Assembly: GCA_964389675.1 (NCBI GenBank)
Contig: CAYMEV010000018.1
Span: 1 to 64,000, forward strand
DNA: 64,000 nt
Direction of reading: 5' to 3'
Source of the DNA: an uncultured Candidatus Sumerlaeota bacterium
GTDB lineage: Bacteria; CAYMEV01
Every line of letters begins with the position of its first letter. The stretch's first letter is position 1. Position numbers and translations under genes: made by a program. Under the pieces are notes generated by a model. The model did no database searches, was not told the origin of the DNA, and saw nothing but the letters and a program-made list of their open reading frames with translations. This document shows, piece by piece, positions 49,732 through 60,032 of this stretch.

Positions 49732-50703
49732 ATGAGGATACTTATTACCGGTTCCACCGGATTCATAGGCCTTAACCTGATTCAGCACCTTCACGCAGAG
49801 GGGCACCATATAACTGCTATAATACGAAACCCTGAAAAATCCTCTCTAATTGAAAAGCATGCTGACAGTATAATCATAGGAGACCTTAAGGAACCTGATT
49901 CACTCAAGAAAATATTCAAAGGCACTGAAATATGCTTTCACCTCTCAGGACTCACAAAATCAGTAAGACTGAAAGACTTCTGGGAGAACAACTATACTGC
50001 TTCGATAAATCTTATTGAAGAGATAAAAAGGACAGACCCGCCGATAAAGCATCTTATCATGCTCAGCTCGCTGGCAGCATCTTCTCCATGCTCTTCAGAG
50101 GAGGGTGTTGGGGAGGGTTTGCCTGAAAAGCCTGTATCAGCCTATGGCCAGAGCAAGCTTTCTGCAGAACTCTATCTCAGAAAAACAGCCCTGCCCTACA
50201 CTATAATAAGGCCTCCCATAGTATACGGGCCATATGACAGGGATGTATTTTCCTTTTTCAAAATGGCAAAACTGGGATTTATCCCGGTCATGGGAGCAAA
50301 AAAGAAATACTCGGTGATATATGTCGGGGACCTTGCATGTATCCTTTCCCGGATAATGGGCAAAGAGGCCGCTTTTGGCAAAATATACAATGTTGGCGAG
50401 CCTCAGAGCTATACTTATGGAGAAATTATTTCAGCAATATGCAGGGCAGTAGGCAGGAGATCCACCATAATAAACATCCCTGAGTTTCTTCTCTATATTA
50501 TTGCGCCGGTTTACGAGCTTTTATCCAGGATAACAGGGATATCCCCCATACTGACAAGGGATAAACTGCTTGAGATTGTACAGGATGGCTGGACATCAGA
50601 TACAGGCCTTATATCCAGGGAACTTGGCATCACAGCACAGACTACGATCGAAGCAGGAACAAAAATGGCATTTGACTGGTACAAACTGAATGGATGGTTA
50701 TAA
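49732..50703 (+). CDS. Extended SDR / NAD-dependent epimerase-reductase
   Basis: ITGSTGFIG, SSLAA, YGQSK, RPPIVYGP. Confidence 0.9.
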   Translation: MRILITGSTGFIGLNLIQHLHAEGHHITAIIRNPEKSSLIEKHADSIIIGDLKEPDSLKKIFKGTEICFHLSGLTKSVRLKDFWENNYTASINLIEEIKRTDPPIKHLIMLSSLAASSPCSSEEGVGEGLPEKPVSAYGQSKLSAELYLRKTALPYTIIRPPIVYGPYDRDVFSFFKMAKLGFIPVMGAKKKYSVIYVGDLACILSRIMGKEAAFGKIYNVGEPQSYTYGEIISAICRAVGRRSTIINIPEFLLYIIAPVYELLSRITGISPILTRDKLLEIVQDGWTSDTGLISRELGITAQTTIEAGTKMAFDWYKLNGWL

Positions 50704-50707
50704 GAAG

Positions 50708-51196
50708 ATGAGACATATATATGCCCCTCACCGGTCCTCATATTTTGAACTCCCCAGGGATGAGGAATGCCTTTTCTGCAGGCTTATAAGGGAGGATACT
50801 GCAAAGGACAGGGAAAATCTCATAATCTACAGAGGCAGGCTCTGTTTTGTCATGCTTAATAAATATCCGTATAATAACGGCCATACAATGGTAGTTCCAT
50901 ATGGTCACTTTACATACCTGAAAGAGCTGGACTCAAAGACCATAAGCGAGATATACACATACTTAAAGATCATTGAAAGCACTCTGCTGGATATTTATAA
51001 TGCTGACGGCATAAATATAGGCCTGAATATTAAAGAAGCTGCCGGCGCAGGGATCAGGGACCATATCCATTACCATATACTGCCGAGGTGGAAAGGGGAT
51101 TCAAACTTCATGACATCCGTTTCAGATACAAGGGTTGTCCCTGAGGATTTCCGTGAAACCTACAGAAAAATAAAATCCGGCTTTGAAGCTATCTAA
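50708..51196 (+). CDS. HIT family hydrolase (Ap4A phosphorylase-like)
   Basis: CLFC, LNKYPYNNGH, AAGAGI..HIHYHILPRW.GD.NFM. Start set at ATG 50708. Confidence 0.92.
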   Translation: MRHIYAPHRSSYFELPRDEECLFCRLIREDTAKDRENLIIYRGRLCFVMLNKYPYNNGHTMVVPYGHFTYLKELDSKTISEIYTYLKIIESTLLDIYNADGINIGLNIKEAAGAGIRDHIHYHILPRWKGDSNFMTSVSDTRVVPEDFRETYRKIKSGFEAI

Positions 51197-51220
51197 GCCC
51201 TTATGACAGATTAAAAATCA

Positions 51221-53386
51221 ATGGACAGATACAGACGCATAAAATATATAGTACTTGCCTTAGGGATCGGTTTTGTCATTGCAGTTACAGGCTATATAAT
51301 CAAAAGCAATATGGGAACTGAGACAAGGACCATAATTGATGAGGGCCCGGATATATCAGAAATTGCTGATGCACCTGACATACTGATAAAACCCTTCATA
51401 AGGGATAATATTGAAGGCGGTGAAGTCAGGTATTCCATTAATGCTTCAGAAGGAAGGCTTTATTCAGAATACGGCCCGTCAGGGTCTGTGATCAGCCAGA
51501 GGATAGAAATCTCAGAAATACATGAGATCAGGATATTCACCAAAGACGAAAGATCGGTAACTATTTCCGCAGACAGGGCAACAATTTTTACCCTGAGGAA
51601 TCAGACCAGGAATATATCACTTCACAGCAATATTGCCATAGAACACCCTTCAATGGGTATATTAAGGACACAGAACCTTGATTTCTCCTTTGCAGACAAT
51701 ATGATAAGAACAGAGGACAGCTTCATTATTGAAAACAAGGAAAGCATCATAGAAGGCAAGGGTTTTGAATACAATACTGTCACGGATAATGTAGAGGTAC
51801 TTGGAGGGCTTGAGGGAACCCTTTATTTTGAAGATAACCCTGAGCCTTTGTTTTTTATTGGAGAAACAATGCGTTATATTGAAGAAGAGTCCCGAATGGT
51901 AATGGAAAAACCGACAGCCTTCCTTTTTGACACCAGCTGTATGAAAGCAGGAAATACAGAAATATTTATGGACAGTGAAATGAATGTAGAAAGAATTGAG
52001 CTTTCTGACACTGTATCCGCAGAGCTTATTATGAAGAATGATAAGGATGAAAATGAGAGATACAGGCTTTTTTCAAGGAACATTAATATATTTTTCTATG
52101 AGGGCCGGCCCGGGAGTATGAGCCTTAATAACGGCTTTCTTATGGAAAAGATTGACGAAGATATGTTCATAAGCGGGCATCATGCACTGATCAGCTTCAG
52201 GGTATCAGAAGGTGGCTATATTGCTGAAAGCATTGACTTCTACAATGGATTCTATATTGATTATATTGATTCGGGATTTTCAGGCTATAACGGCACCATG
52301 GACCTTGATTCAGGTATAATGATGTCAGACAGCTCTCCGGTCATTTATAATTACCCTTATATCACAAAGGCCCAGGAGATAATCATAGATAACAGGCAGA
52401 AGACCATGAAGGCATCAAAGAATATCCATACCATCATCCCCGGTTATGAAAACGAGAACGAAGGCAAGGCATCGGATGCAGGGATCAGCGAATACAATTT
52501 CGACAGGATGGATATCCGCTCAAATAAAGTTGAGTATGACATGAAGAAGGATATGGTATGGTATAAAAATAACTGTGAAATTGATACTGATTCATTGACA
52601 ATTAGTGCAGATGACATTAAATTATATAATAAGAAACAGTTAGTGCAGATAACTGGAAATGTGAAGGGAAATCTTACCAGTAAAAGCGCCGGGAGCTCCG
52701 ATGAGGAAAAGTTATACTTTGATACAGAATACATGCATTATGATGCAAAAGGAGAAATAATCCTGCTGAAAGAGATTGAAAAGGCTTATCCGGTAGTTTG
52801 GCAGAAAGGGTTCAGGGCCTCATCAAAATCCATAATTGTAAAGCCGGGTGAGGATTATGTATTTTTCTCTGAAGAAGCTGAATCAGTATTTTTCAGGGAT
52901 TTTTACGAGGAATCAGGAGGGCAAAACGGATTTTTTTCCTTTGATGACTCTGACATGCCGGTTGAGGTCTCTGCTGACAGCATCGAGCTATTTGAAGCTG
53001 AAAAGATCATTATATACAGCGGCAGTGTATATGCAAAAAAGGGAGAAAATTCGCTTGCTACTGACCTGATGACAGTTTACATGGATGACCGGAGGTCCAT
53101 TGAAAGGGTGGAATGCATAAACAGCCTGAAAATCGGCGGAAAAGACAAATACATTGAAGGGGACAAAGGCACCTATTACAAGGATAATGAGGAGTTCCAC
53201 ATAGAGGGCGGTATCAATTATAATGATAAAATGACATCTTTACAAAATGCTGAAAAACTGATATACTATATAGATGAGAACAGATATTCAGTGTTCGGCA
53301 CTGAAATTATCACAAAATACAGGTTTGAAGAACCGCTTGAAGTGCCGAGGATCTTCCCTAAACACAAGAGGAATATTTTGAAATGA
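51221..53386 (+). CDS. Large LptC/LptA (OstA beta-jellyroll) fusion-like protein
   Basis: N-terminal TM anchor, LptC-like segment (LRTQNLDF..IRTED..IEGKGFEY) and repeated OstA-like strands with C-terminal PVEVSADS..IIYSGSV LptA-like domain; overlaps lptB. Confidence 0.75.
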   Translation: MDRYRRIKYIVLALGIGFVIAVTGYIIKSNMGTETRTIIDEGPDISEIADAPDILIKPFIRDNIEGGEVRYSINASEGRLYSEYGPSGSVISQRIEISEIHEIRIFTKDERSVTISADRATIFTLRNQTRNISLHSNIAIEHPSMGILRTQNLDFSFADNMIRTEDSFIIENKESIIEGKGFEYNTVTDNVEVLGGLEGTLYFEDNPEPLFFIGETMRYIEEESRMVMEKPTAFLFDTSCMKAGNTEIFMDSEMNVERIELSDTVSAELIMKNDKDENERYRLFSRNINIFFYEGRPGSMSLNNGFLMEKIDEDMFISGHHALISFRVSEGGYIAESIDFYNGFYIDYIDSGFSGYNGTMDLDSGIMMSDSSPVIYNYPYITKAQEIIIDNRQKTMKASKNIHTIIPGYENENEGKASDAGISEYNFDRMDIRSNKVEYDMKKDMVWYKNNCEIDTDSLTISADDIKLYNKKQLVQITGNVKGNLTSKSAGSSDEEKLYFDTEYMHYDAKGEIILLKEIEKAYPVVWQKGFRASSKSIIVKPGEDYVFFSEEAESVFFRDFYEESGGQNGFFSFDDSDMPVEVSADSIELFEAEKIIIYSGSVYAKKGENSLATDLMTVYMDDRRSIERVECINSLKIGGKDKYIEGDKGTYYKDNEEFHIEGGINYNDKMTSLQNAEKLIYYIDENRYSVFGTEIITKYRFEEPLEVPRIFPKHKRNILK

Positions 53387-54141
53387 AAACAGCCAATGTC
53401 CTTAAGGCTACAAAGATAGTAAAGGTATACAGAAAGAGAAGAGTCGTAAATGAGGTATCAATATCCCTGAAGCAGGGAGAGGTAGTAGGATTACTGGGCC
53501 CAAACGGCGCAGGCAAAACTACGAGCTTTTACATAATTATCGGGCTTATCAGGCCTGAATCCGGGAATGTATATCTGAATGATACAGACATTACCCACTA
53601 TCCCATGTTTCAGCGGGCCAGGATGGGGATCAGCTATCTGCCCCAGGAAACATCAATATTCCGCAAGCTTTCTGTAAAAGACAATATTATGATGATACTT
53701 GAGACCCTTCCAATATCAAGCGAAGAAAGGCAGGAAAGGCTCCATGTCCTCTTAAAGGAGCTTTCCATAGAATACCTTGCTGACAGCATGGCATACACTC
53801 TTTCAGGCGGTGAGAGGAGAAGGGTGGAGATAACAAGGGCCCTGGTACTGTCACCTTCGTTTATCCTTCTTGATGAACCGTTTGCCGGTATTGACCCGAT
53901 AGCTGTAGGAGATATACAACAGATAATCTTAAAGCTGAGGGAGAGGGGCATAGGGATACTGATAACTGACCATAATGTCAGGGAAACTCTCAAAATAACG
54001 GATAAAGCCTATATAATAAACGAGGGGAAGATACTTAAATACGGCTCCCCTGAGGAAATAAGCAGATCAGAAAGGGTAAGGAAATTCTATCTGGGAGAGG
54101 GATTCAGGATGGATACAGAAACTGGTGAGGCTGTGCGGTGA
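53383..54141 (+). CDS. lptB: LPS export ABC transporter ATPase
   Basis: GPNGAGKTT, YLPQETSIFRKL, LSGGERRRVEI, LDEPFAGIDP, TDHNVRETL, FYLGEGF. Confidence 0.96.
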   Translation: MKTANVLKATKIVKVYRKRRVVNEVSISLKQGEVVGLLGPNGAGKTTSFYIIIGLIRPESGNVYLNDTDITHYPMFQRARMGISYLPQETSIFRKLSVKDNIMMILETLPISSEERQERLHVLLKELSIEYLADSMAYTLSGGERRRVEITRALVLSPSFILLDEPFAGIDPIAVGDIQQIILKLRERGIGILITDHNVRETLKITDKAYIINEGKILKYGSPEEISRSERVRKFYLGEGFRMDTETGEAVR

Positions 54142-55610
54142 AGCTTGATATAAACCTGAATATAAAACCTGAACTTCGCCAAAAGCTGGCGATCACGCCT
54201 CTTTTGAGGCAATCGCTCGAGATACTTTCTCTCAGCCTTGTTGAACTCGATCAGATGGTACTGAAAGAGATGGAGCAGAACCCTCTGCTTAAGGATTCCA
54301 GCACCGAGTATTCATCAGAGGGCAAAACAGCGGAAGATAGCGAATATCAGCCAGAACAGCCGGAATATGAGACATATGAAGAACCAGCAGAAAATCTTCT
54401 GGAAAAATATGAAATAAATGAAGAAGCATGGGCAAATCTTTTCAATGAACTCCCAAAATCATCCGGATCAGCATTATTCATGAAGGAGAAACCCAGCATC
54501 GAACAGATAAATGCCATAAAGACGACTCTGAAAGAGCAGCTGGAATGGCAGTTGAGGCTGAATATTAATAATGATGATGATTATGTCATAGGCATCAACA
54601 TTATTGGAAACCTTGACAGAAACGGCTTTATAAGCCGTGAGGAACTCTCTAATATCTCAGATGAGCTAAAGTTCTCAATGGATCAGATAGAAAGAGTAAG
54701 GGAGATAATAAAGGGATTTGATCCCGTAGGCATTGCTTCTGTTGATATACCTGAATGCCTTCTTGCACAGCTGAAAGTCTGCAATACATATCATCCCGAT
54801 ATTGAAAAGCTGTTAAACGTACACTTTGATGACCTGAAAAATGGCGAATGGGATAATATAATAAAGGACAAAGAGCTTGGCCTCTCGGCTGAAGACCTCA
54901 AATACATTCTGGAGATACTGTCAAAGCTGGACCCAAAACCGGGGGGACACTTTGATGACCGGGAGGATGACAATATTGCCATTGTACCGGATATCATAAT
55001 AAAATATGATTCCGGAGACTACAGGATCGAGCTTAATGAGCATATAAGGCCAATGCTTTATATCCCTGAGAACTACAGGAAAGTGCTGTTGAATAAAAAC
55101 CCGGAAATGCAGGAAGACAGAGAATTTCTGAAAAAAAGGCTGGCACGGGCCCAATGGTTTATAAGAAGCATAGACCAGAGGAGGCAAACCCTTATTAAGG
55201 TAGGTGAATCCTTTATCAAGTTTCAGAGGGATTTTCTCGACAGGGGGCATAAATACCTTAAACCCATGATCCTGAAGGATATTGCTGATGATTGTGAAAT
55301 ACATCAGTCGACGGTCCAGAGGATAGTGAACCAGAAGTATATTGACACGCCAAGGGGAGTTTTCCTGATGAAATACTTCTTTTCAAAGGCCATACCAAAG
55401 AAAAACGGGGATCCTGTCTCAAGCCTTTCTGTGAAGAGAGAAATGGCTGATCTTGTAAAAAACGAGAGCAAGGATTCTCCTCTTTCCGACAAGGAGATAC
55501 ATCAGATCCTGGGGAAAAAGGGAATAAAGATAAGCAGAAGAGCTGTATCCAAATACCGTCTTGAACTTGGAATACCCAATTCAAATAAAAGAAAAAAACA
55601 GATATTATAA
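54138..55610 (+). CDS. rpoN: RNA polymerase sigma-54 factor
   Basis: Q/L-rich region I, FDPVGIA, ECLLAQL, LKPMILKDIA, PLSD and RpoN-box-like SRRAVSKYR. Confidence 0.95.
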   Translation: MKLDINLNIKPELRQKLAITPLLRQSLEILSLSLVELDQMVLKEMEQNPLLKDSSTEYSSEGKTAEDSEYQPEQPEYETYEEPAENLLEKYEINEEAWANLFNELPKSSGSALFMKEKPSIEQINAIKTTLKEQLEWQLRLNINNDDDYVIGINIIGNLDRNGFISREELSNISDELKFSMDQIERVREIIKGFDPVGIASVDIPECLLAQLKVCNTYHPDIEKLLNVHFDDLKNGEWDNIIKDKELGLSAEDLKYILEILSKLDPKPGGHFDDREDDNIAIVPDIIIKYDSGDYRIELNEHIRPMLYIPENYRKVLLNKNPEMQEDREFLKKRLARAQWFIRSIDQRRQTLIKVGESFIKFQRDFLDRGHKYLKPMILKDIADDCEIHQSTVQRIVNQKYIDTPRGVFLMKYFFSKAIPKKNGDPVSSLSVKREMADLVKNESKDSPLSDKEIHQILGKKGIKISRRAVSKYRLELGIPNSNKRKKQIL

Positions 55611-55627
55611 AAGAAAGGAGTATTTTT

Positions 55628-56170
55628 ATGAGAATCCAGATTACCGGGAAGAATTTCACAATTACCGATACCCTTAAAAGCCATGTTGAAGAGAAGATAA
55701 AGGGTATAAGGACATATTTTGATAATGTTATAGATGTTCATATTACCCTATATAAGGAAAAATACAGGTATCAGACAGAGATAAATCTCCACAGTAAGGG
55801 GAATGATTTTATAGTGAATAATACAGAAAAGGATATGTATTTTTCCATTGATAATGCAGTTGAAAAGCTTGAAAAACAGATTAAGAGATATAAGGATAAG
55901 GTTTTTAAGAAAACCGCCAGGCCAAAAGAGGAAATCTTTGAAGAGATGGAGGCTAAAAGGTCAGCAAAGGCTGAACAGGACAGAAAACCAAGAATTATGC
56001 ACATGGAGCACACCATAAGATCAAAACCGATGACCGTCGATGAGGCAGTTATACAGCTTGACTCTTCTCAGGATAATGTTGTTGTATTCCATAACTCACT
56101 CAGCGGGAATTTCGGTATTGTATTCAAGAGGCATGACGGGAATATAGGTTTTATAGAACCGCAGAAATAA
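55628..56170 (+). CDS. hpf: Ribosome hibernation promoting factor (long HPF)
   Basis: MRIQITGKN, DMY.SID...KLEKQIKRYK, C-terminal KPMTVDEA..Q domain. Confidence 0.95.
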   Translation: MRIQITGKNFTITDTLKSHVEEKIKGIRTYFDNVIDVHITLYKEKYRYQTEINLHSKGNDFIVNNTEKDMYFSIDNAVEKLEKQIKRYKDKVFKKTARPKEEIFEEMEAKRSAKAEQDRKPRIMHMEHTIRSKPMTVDEAVIQLDSSQDNVVVFHNSLSGNFGIVFKRHDGNIGFIEPQK

Positions 56171-56173
56171 AAG

Positions 56174-57118
56174 GTGATTATGCATATCCTTCTCAAAGAA
56201 CTTCTTAATATTGAAGAAATAGCTTCCATAATAGAACTGCTGCACCTGCATAATCCTGAATCAGTCATAAGCTCTCCCGGGATCAGATGCTCAGGATTAT
56301 CCCTTGCCGGCTCCTACAAGGACTGCCCGGAATCTCTCCTGCTTTTCGGGGAAGATGAATACAGCTATATTCAATCAATGGAAGCCGGCAGAGCCAGGGA
56401 TGTAATCAAACAGTTTATCAGCAGGCAGGACTGCGCCGGGATAATATTTGCCAAAGACTGCATCCCCGGAACCATAAGCTCCATAAGCAGCCCTGAAGCC
56501 AATCTGCTTGCTTCAAAAAGGGGATGGGAAGCGACAATGACCATTATTTCCGAAGCTCTCGAGGAACTGCTTGCCCCTGTAATGACCAGGCATGGCGTGT
56601 TTATGGATATATACGGTGTAGGGGTTCTCCTGACCGGGGAAAGTGGAATTGGCAAATCGGAGCTTGCCCTGGACCTGATATCCAGGGGGCACAGGCTTGT
56701 AGCAGATGATGTGGTTGAGATAAAAAAGGTGAGGTTTGATAAGATAAAGGGCCAGTCGCCCCCTGTACTGAAAGGCTATATACAGATAAAAGGGCTGGGG
56801 ATAATCAATGTTGAGAAGCTCTTCGGGATTGTCAGCACCAGGGGGATTAAAAGAATTGAGATGGTAATAAAGCTCATAGAAGATGATGATTTTTCATCTG
56901 TACAGCATCTGGGAACGGAGGAATCATTCACGGAGTATTTCGATGTATCATTGCCTTTGAAGACCATTCCTGTTGCCAGAGGAAGAGACATGGCAAAGAT
57001 CATTGAGGTTGCGACCAGGGACTATATGATGAAAAGAAAAGGGATACACCAGTCCGCTGATTTTCAGAACCAGAGAAAGGATATACTGCAGGAAATCCAG
57101 AAAGACATAAAAGGATAG
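56174..57118 (+). CDS. hprK: HPr kinase/phosphorylase
   Basis: HGVFMDIYGVGVLLTGESGIGKSELALDLISRGHRLVADD; the N-terminal domain is divergent. Confidence 0.92.
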   Translation: MIMHILLKELLNIEEIASIIELLHLHNPESVISSPGIRCSGLSLAGSYKDCPESLLLFGEDEYSYIQSMEAGRARDVIKQFISRQDCAGIIFAKDCIPGTISSISSPEANLLASKRGWEATMTIISEALEELLAPVMTRHGVFMDIYGVGVLLTGESGIGKSELALDLISRGHRLVADDVVEIKKVRFDKIKGQSPPVLKGYIQIKGLGIINVEKLFGIVSTRGIKRIEMVIKLIEDDDFSSVQHLGTEESFTEYFDVSLPLKTIPVARGRDMAKIIEVATRDYMMKRKGIHQSADFQNQRKDILQEIQKDIKG

Positions 57119-57121
57119 AAA

Positions 57122-57388
57122 TTGAAAGAAGATACCATAAAAGTCAAAAACCGCAGGGGCCTTCACGCGAGGGCAGCCACTCTTATTGTAAAGACATCCT
57201 CAAAATTCAAATCCAAGATAATGATAATTAAGGACAGTATGGAGATAAACGCAAAAAGTATTATGGGTGTGCTTATGCTTGCTGCAGAATATGATACCCA
57301 GCTGAAAATTACTGCAGACGGAGAAGATGAGGACACAGCCCTGAGTGAAATGATCAAGCTCTTTGAGCACGGCCTGATCGAGGAATAA
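57122..57388 (+). CDS. ptsH: Phosphocarrier protein HPr
   Basis: GLHARAA (His15) and NAKSIMG (Ser46). Confidence 0.95.
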   Translation: MKEDTIKVKNRRGLHARAATLIVKTSSKFKSKIMIIKDSMEINAKSIMGVLMLAAEYDTQLKITADGEDEDTALSEMIKLFEHGLIEE

Positions 57389-57403
57389 AAAAGGAGAAAT
57401 ATT

Positions 57404-59173
57404 ATGTCCATGGAAAAGCCGAATGTAATACTTTATGGTATAGGGGTTTATTCAGGGATTGCTATCGGAAAACCTCATTTCCTTGAGCATCCATTCGAGG
57501 ATGTAGTGATGAAGCAGATACCTGAAAACAAGATTGATTCAGAGGTTGAGCGTTTCAGGAATGCGCTGGATATATCAAAAAAACAGCTTGAAGAGATCAA
57601 ACAGCAGTATGGAAAGCTGCTCAGGGAGAAGGACATAATATTTGATGCACACATATTCCTCATTGAAGATGAAACAATAATCAAAGAGGTTGAGGAGCTT
57701 ATTATAAGAGAAAAAATAAATGCTGAATATGCTGTAATAAAAATAAAAGAAAAGTTCCAGAACGTTTTCAAAGAAATGGACGATGACTATTTCAAGGACA
57801 GGGCGAATGACATAGGGTATGTTACTAACAGGATACTCAAGAACCTCATGGGAAAAAGCTATAATGATTTCATTGACATAAGCGAACCGGGCATTGTCAT
57901 TGCCCATGATCTGTGCCCGTCAGAAACAGCAAGGCTTAAAAAAACAATGATAAAGGGCTTTGCCATAGAGATAGGCGGGCCAACAAGCCATACAGCAATA
58001 CTCTCCAGGTCACTTAAGATCCCTGCAGTTGTCGGAATAAAGGAACTAACGAAATACCATGGCACATTTGACTACTGCATTGTTGACGGCAATGAGGGGA
58101 TGGTAGTCCTGAACCCGACCGAGGAGCAGATTGCAAAGTCTCTTGTAAAACAGAAAAAGATGCAGAAACTGGAGGAGGAGTTTGATAAGCTCTCGACAAT
58201 ACCTGCCAGGACGAAAGACGGTCATTATATCCAGCTGAAATGCAATATAGACAGGGTTGATGAGATCGCAGACATGGCAAAATACGGTGCCGAGGGAGTC
58301 GGGCTGTTCAGGACAGAATACATATACCTTGAGAACAAGGAAGCACCTTCTGAGGACGAGCATTTCTCCATCTACAGGAAAGTAGCAGAGAATTCAAAGC
58401 CTTACCAGGTTACAATAAGAACCTTTGACCTTGGCGGAGATAAATTCACAAGCGAAGACAGATACCCCCATGAGCTTAACCCTTTTCTCGGAATAAGGGG
58501 GATAAGGCTTGCATTTAAGTATCCCGACCTTTTTCTCGACCAGCTCAGGGGAATCCTGAGAGCATCCGCCTATGGCAGGGTACAGGTAATGTTCCCGCTT
58601 ATATCAGGTATTGAAGAGGTTAAAAAAGCGAAGGAATATTTCTACAGGGCTCAGCAGGACCTGAGGGATAAAAATATTCCATTTGACCCGAATATCCCTA
58701 TTGGCGTAATGATCGAGCTTCCGTCAGCAGTGATGATCTCTGATATCCTTGCAAAAGAGGTTAATTTCTTTTCAATAGGGACAAATGACCTAATACAGTA
58801 TTCTCTGGGTATTGACAGGGTAAACCAGGATGTTTCATATCTGTACCAGCCTCTCCATCCTGCTATTTTGAGAATGATAGAAAGGGTGCTATTAAACGGC
58901 AAAAGAAACCGGATTGAGGTAAGCCTGTGCGGTGAAATGGCATCAGATCCATTCGGAATGGTCATACTGACAGCAATGGGATTTCGCGAACTCAGCATGA
59001 ACCCTTCATCCATACCCGTTGCAAAGACAATAATAAGACATTTTACAAGAGACCTTGCAGAGGACCTTATGGCTGAAATATATAAATACAATACACATAA
59101 GGAAATTAATAATATAGTTCTGAACTTTATCAATGAGCATGTTCCGGTATTGCTGGATATAATCCCTCACTGA
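57404..59173 (+). CDS. ptsI: PEP-protein phosphotransferase, PTS enzyme I
   Basis: GGPTSHTAI, GVGLFRTE, E.NPFLG.RGIR, FSIGTNDL.QY, CGEMA. Confidence 0.96.
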   Translation: MSMEKPNVILYGIGVYSGIAIGKPHFLEHPFEDVVMKQIPENKIDSEVERFRNALDISKKQLEEIKQQYGKLLREKDIIFDAHIFLIEDETIIKEVEELIIREKINAEYAVIKIKEKFQNVFKEMDDDYFKDRANDIGYVTNRILKNLMGKSYNDFIDISEPGIVIAHDLCPSETARLKKTMIKGFAIEIGGPTSHTAILSRSLKIPAVVGIKELTKYHGTFDYCIVDGNEGMVVLNPTEEQIAKSLVKQKKMQKLEEEFDKLSTIPARTKDGHYIQLKCNIDRVDEIADMAKYGAEGVGLFRTEYIYLENKEAPSEDEHFSIYRKVAENSKPYQVTIRTFDLGGDKFTSEDRYPHELNPFLGIRGIRLAFKYPDLFLDQLRGILRASAYGRVQVMFPLISGIEEVKKAKEYFYRAQQDLRDKNIPFDPNIPIGVMIELPSAVMISDILAKEVNFFSIGTNDLIQYSLGIDRVNQDVSYLYQPLHPAILRMIERVLLNGKRNRIEVSLCGEMASDPFGMVILTAMGFRELSMNPSSIPVAKTIIRHFTRDLAEDLMAEIYKYNTHKEINNIVLNFINEHVPVLLDIIPH

Positions 59174-59197
59174 AAAAAAATAAGAGGTCTGATTCTT

Positions 59198-60001
59198 ATG
59201 AATGATTTTATTTTTTTGCATGATATTGTCAGGAAGGCTTTCAGGATAATCCTTGATATTTATGGCAGGGACTTCCAGGTTGAGTATAAAAGCCCTTCGG
59301 ATCCTGTCACACAGGCAGACAAGCTTGTGGATGAGCTTTATATAAAGGAGATCGGCCGCCTATTTCCTGAAAGCTGTTTTCTAACAGAAGAAACATACAG
59401 CGATGTAAATGATACAGCTTCCTCATTCTGGTGCATAGACCCGCTGGACGGGACAAAGGATTTCATACAGAAGAACGGTGAATTCTGCACCATGATAGCA
59501 TATATTGAAAACGGCGATGTGACTGCCGGAATAATAGGACTGCCCGTAAAGGATCAGATAATTTTCTCGCAGAAAGGCAGGGGTGCATACCTCACTGAAA
59601 ACGGGAAAAGGCAGAGGCTTTCCCTTGAGAATAAGGACATCAGCTGTCCGGGCCTTACAGCAATACACTCCCGCAACCATCAGAACAGCCTGTTGTTTAA
59701 AATGCTGGACAGGCTTAAAATAGAAAAACGAATAGCAAGAGGCAGTGTCGGGAACAAAATAGCCTCCATACTGTTCAGGGAGGCTGATATATATATACAC
59801 CCTTCAAAATTTACCAAATGGTGGGATTCAGCTGCAGGCGAAATAATACTCAGGGAAGCAGGCGGGACTTTTACTGACATGTTTAACAGAAGGATCGATT
59901 ACACCGGCCGGAATGTTTATAATGAAAGTGGAATTGCAGCCAGCAATTTTTCAGATCATTTATTCCTTGACGACCTGTCAGAATTACTGCAGTCATTTTG
60001 A
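59198..60001 (+). CDS. cysQ: 3'(2'),5'-bisphosphate nucleotidase / inositol monophosphatase family
   Basis: PVTQAD, LTEE, WCIDPLDGTKDF, WDSAAG. Confidence 0.85.
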   Translation: MNDFIFLHDIVRKAFRIILDIYGRDFQVEYKSPSDPVTQADKLVDELYIKEIGRLFPESCFLTEETYSDVNDTASSFWCIDPLDGTKDFIQKNGEFCTMIAYIENGDVTAGIIGLPVKDQIIFSQKGRGAYLTENGKRQRLSLENKDISCPGLTAIHSRNHQNSLLFKMLDRLKIEKRIARGSVGNKIASILFREADIYIHPSKFTKWWDSAAGEIILREAGGTFTDMFNRRIDYTGRNVYNESGIAASNFSDHLFLDDLSELLQSF

Positions 60002-60032
60002 TATGGCATTCCGGAAATGAAAGGTTTTTTGT

